DNA of 64,000 nucleotides from Candidatus Xenobia bacterium (GTDB lineage Bacteria; Vulcanimicrobiota; Xenobia; Xenobiales; QWHO01): NCBI GenBank assembly GCA_045863235.1, contig BTUM01000004.1, positions 88,621 to 152,620 of the forward strand, read 5' to 3'. Shown piece by piece: positions 62,844 to 64,000 of this stretch (position 1 is its first letter; each line of letters starts with the position of its first letter). The notes under the pieces were generated by a model. It saw only the letters and a program-made list of their open reading frames with translations, ran no database searches and was not told where the DNA came from. The position numbers and the translations under genes were made by a program.

Positions 62844-63148
62844 TGATCGTGCTGATTCTGGTGGCCGGAATGTGGACCCTCCTTGCGCCGGGCCTTCCCC
62901 TCCAGGTCGCCTGGACTTCGGCCGGCACCCACAGCGCCATCCTCTACTCGCTCGAGCCGACTCTGAATCCAGGCTGGCTCGGCGAGGGCGTGCTCAACGA
63001 GATTCTGATGCAGAAGAAGATCCCGCTTGCTCCCTGAGCCAGGATCCCCACTCCCCACAGCAGGTCCCTGCGCGTTCCCTTTCATTCGCCGACCCGGAGA
63101 GGGAATCCCCATCCCGATGCCCAAAGAACCGGCCGGAGGACGCACGCC

Positions 63149-64000
63149 ATGCCCTGGAAGACCGAACTTTACGCCGACCATGAAGCCCTCGGGGCCAAGC
63201 TGGCCCCTTTCGCCGGGGTGCTGCTGCCCAGCCGCTACAAGAGCAACCGGCGCGAGTATCGCTCGGCCCGCACCACCTGCGCGGTGGCCGACTGGGGCCA
63301 CCACGCCCTCTTGCGCATGAGCGGGCCGGACAGCCGCGACTTTCTCAACCGTCTGCTCTCCAACGTGGTGCCTCCCCCGGGACAGGGCTGCCACACCTTC
63401 CTGCTCAACATCCAGGGCCGGCCCCTGGTGGAAGCCTGGCTCTACGCCACCCCCGACGAAGTCTGGCTGGAGGTTCCCCGGTCCCAGGCCCGCATCGCCG
63501 TGGAGCAGTTCAACCATTACCACTTCACCGAGAACCTCAAGCTCGAGGAGGCCCAGCTCACCGGCATCATCATGGTGGGCCCTCGGGCCGAGAAGGTGCT
63601 GGAGGCGGTCAGCCAGGGGGACCGTCCCGATCGGCCCTACCAGGCCACCAGGCTGAAGGTGACCCGGCTGGCCGGGGGCGGCCAGGTCGAGGTGCTGTGC
63701 ACCCGCACGCCTTACCTGGGCGTGGAGGCTCTGGTCCTCTGGGTGCCCAACGAACAGGCCTCGCGCGTCTGGCAGCGGCTGCTGCACACCTCGCTCAAGC
63801 CTTCCCCGGCCGGAACCGACGCCCTGGAAATGCTGCGCATCGAGGCCGGCACCCCTCGCTTCGAGGCCGACTACGACGAGAACACGCTCTTTCTGGAGAT
63901 GGCTCCGCCCGACTCTTACTCCGAGACCAAGGGCTGCTATATCGGGCAGGAGGTGGTGGCCCGGGTGCTCCACCAGGGGCACGTCAACCGGCGTTTGGTA
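63149..64000 (+). CDS. YgfZ/GcvT-family folate-binding protein, 3'-truncated by the window edge
   Basis: ATG at 63149 with SD ggagga. The product MPWKTELYADHEALGAKLAPFAGVLLPSRY...KGCYIGQEVVARV... carries the signature KGCYxGQE of the YgfZ/aminomethyltransferase fold. It runs off the window end and is not in the ORF track. Confidence 0.65.
   Translation, partial: MPWKTELYADHEALGAKLAPFAGVLLPSRYKSNRREYRSARTTCAVADWGHHALLRMSGPDSRDFLNRLLSNVVPPPGQGCHTFLLNIQGRPLVEAWLYATPDEVWLEVPRSQARIAVEQFNHYHFTENLKLEEAQLTGIIMVGPRAEKVLEAVSQGDRPDRPYQATRLKVTRLAGGGQVEVLCTRTPYLGVEALVLWVPNEQASRVWQRLLHTSLKPSPAGTDALEMLRIEAGTPRFEADYDENTLFLEMAPPDSYSETKGCYIGQEVVARVLHQGHVNRRLV

Noticed and set aside
62840-63982. 380-aa minus ORF
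   Set aside because: It is antisense to the YgfZ-like plus-strand gene (63149..64000), which carries the KGCYIGQE signature.
1-64000. tRNA, rRNA and CRISPR features
   Set aside because: No GGTTCGAATCC-type T-arm sequences, rRNA-like conserved blocks or regularly spaced direct repeats were seen by eye. A tRNAscan/CRISPR finder run would be needed to exclude them formally.

Overview
This is a 64 kb, roughly 70% GC bacterial chromosomal segment, densely coded on both strands, with many 1- or 4-nt start/stop overlaps. The taxonomy is uncertain, but PEGA-domain Ser/Thr kinase, HAF-repeat lipoprotein and flotillin genes suggest Myxococcota, Gemmatimonadota or Deinococcota. Housekeeping genes are present: prfC (5'-truncated), the yceD-rpmF-fabH-fabD-fabG-acpP operon, mutS2, a dihydropyrimidinase and a UPF0210 protein. 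Between them sit several accessory modules.

- **AAA+ ATPase module (3005-7122):** a MoxR/CbbQ-type ATPase, a 736-aa partner protein, a coupled small ORF and an XRE/zinc-ribbon regulator. A tandem 30-nt direct repeat lies upstream.
- **Flotillin operon (27193-35882):** NfeD, flotillin, a giant 1831-aa AAA+ protein and a zinc-ribbon protein, tightly coupled. A perfect CRP/FNR-type palindrome sits at its promoter.
- **Thioredoxin selenoprotein candidate (43973-44341):** a secreted thioredoxin whose WCGPC active site reads W-TGA-GPC, with a hairpin immediately downstream.
- **DUF222-HNH endonuclease (19074-20468):** it has an AT-rich leader and lies downstream of acpP, where fabF usually sits.
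- **LuxE plus LuxC::PaaK-like fusion (49422-53131):** no luciferase genes are present.
- **PaaK-like ligase / ATPase-GNAT / hypothetical / MFS operon (54802-59814):** flanked by a metalloprotease and a C39-like peptidase.
- **Repeated ~45-nt motif:** found upstream of two genes, containing a TGTGA-N6-TCAC site and a small hairpin.
- **Putative cysteine-peptidase effector (13098-15056):** preceded by an AT-rich promoter with a palindrome.

No tRNA, rRNA or CRISPR array was recognised. Many long ORFs in the track are antisense or alternate-frame artefacts of the high GC content.

CDS coordinates come from ORF-track arithmetic and are reliable. Motif coordinates read from the sequence may be off by 1-2 nt.
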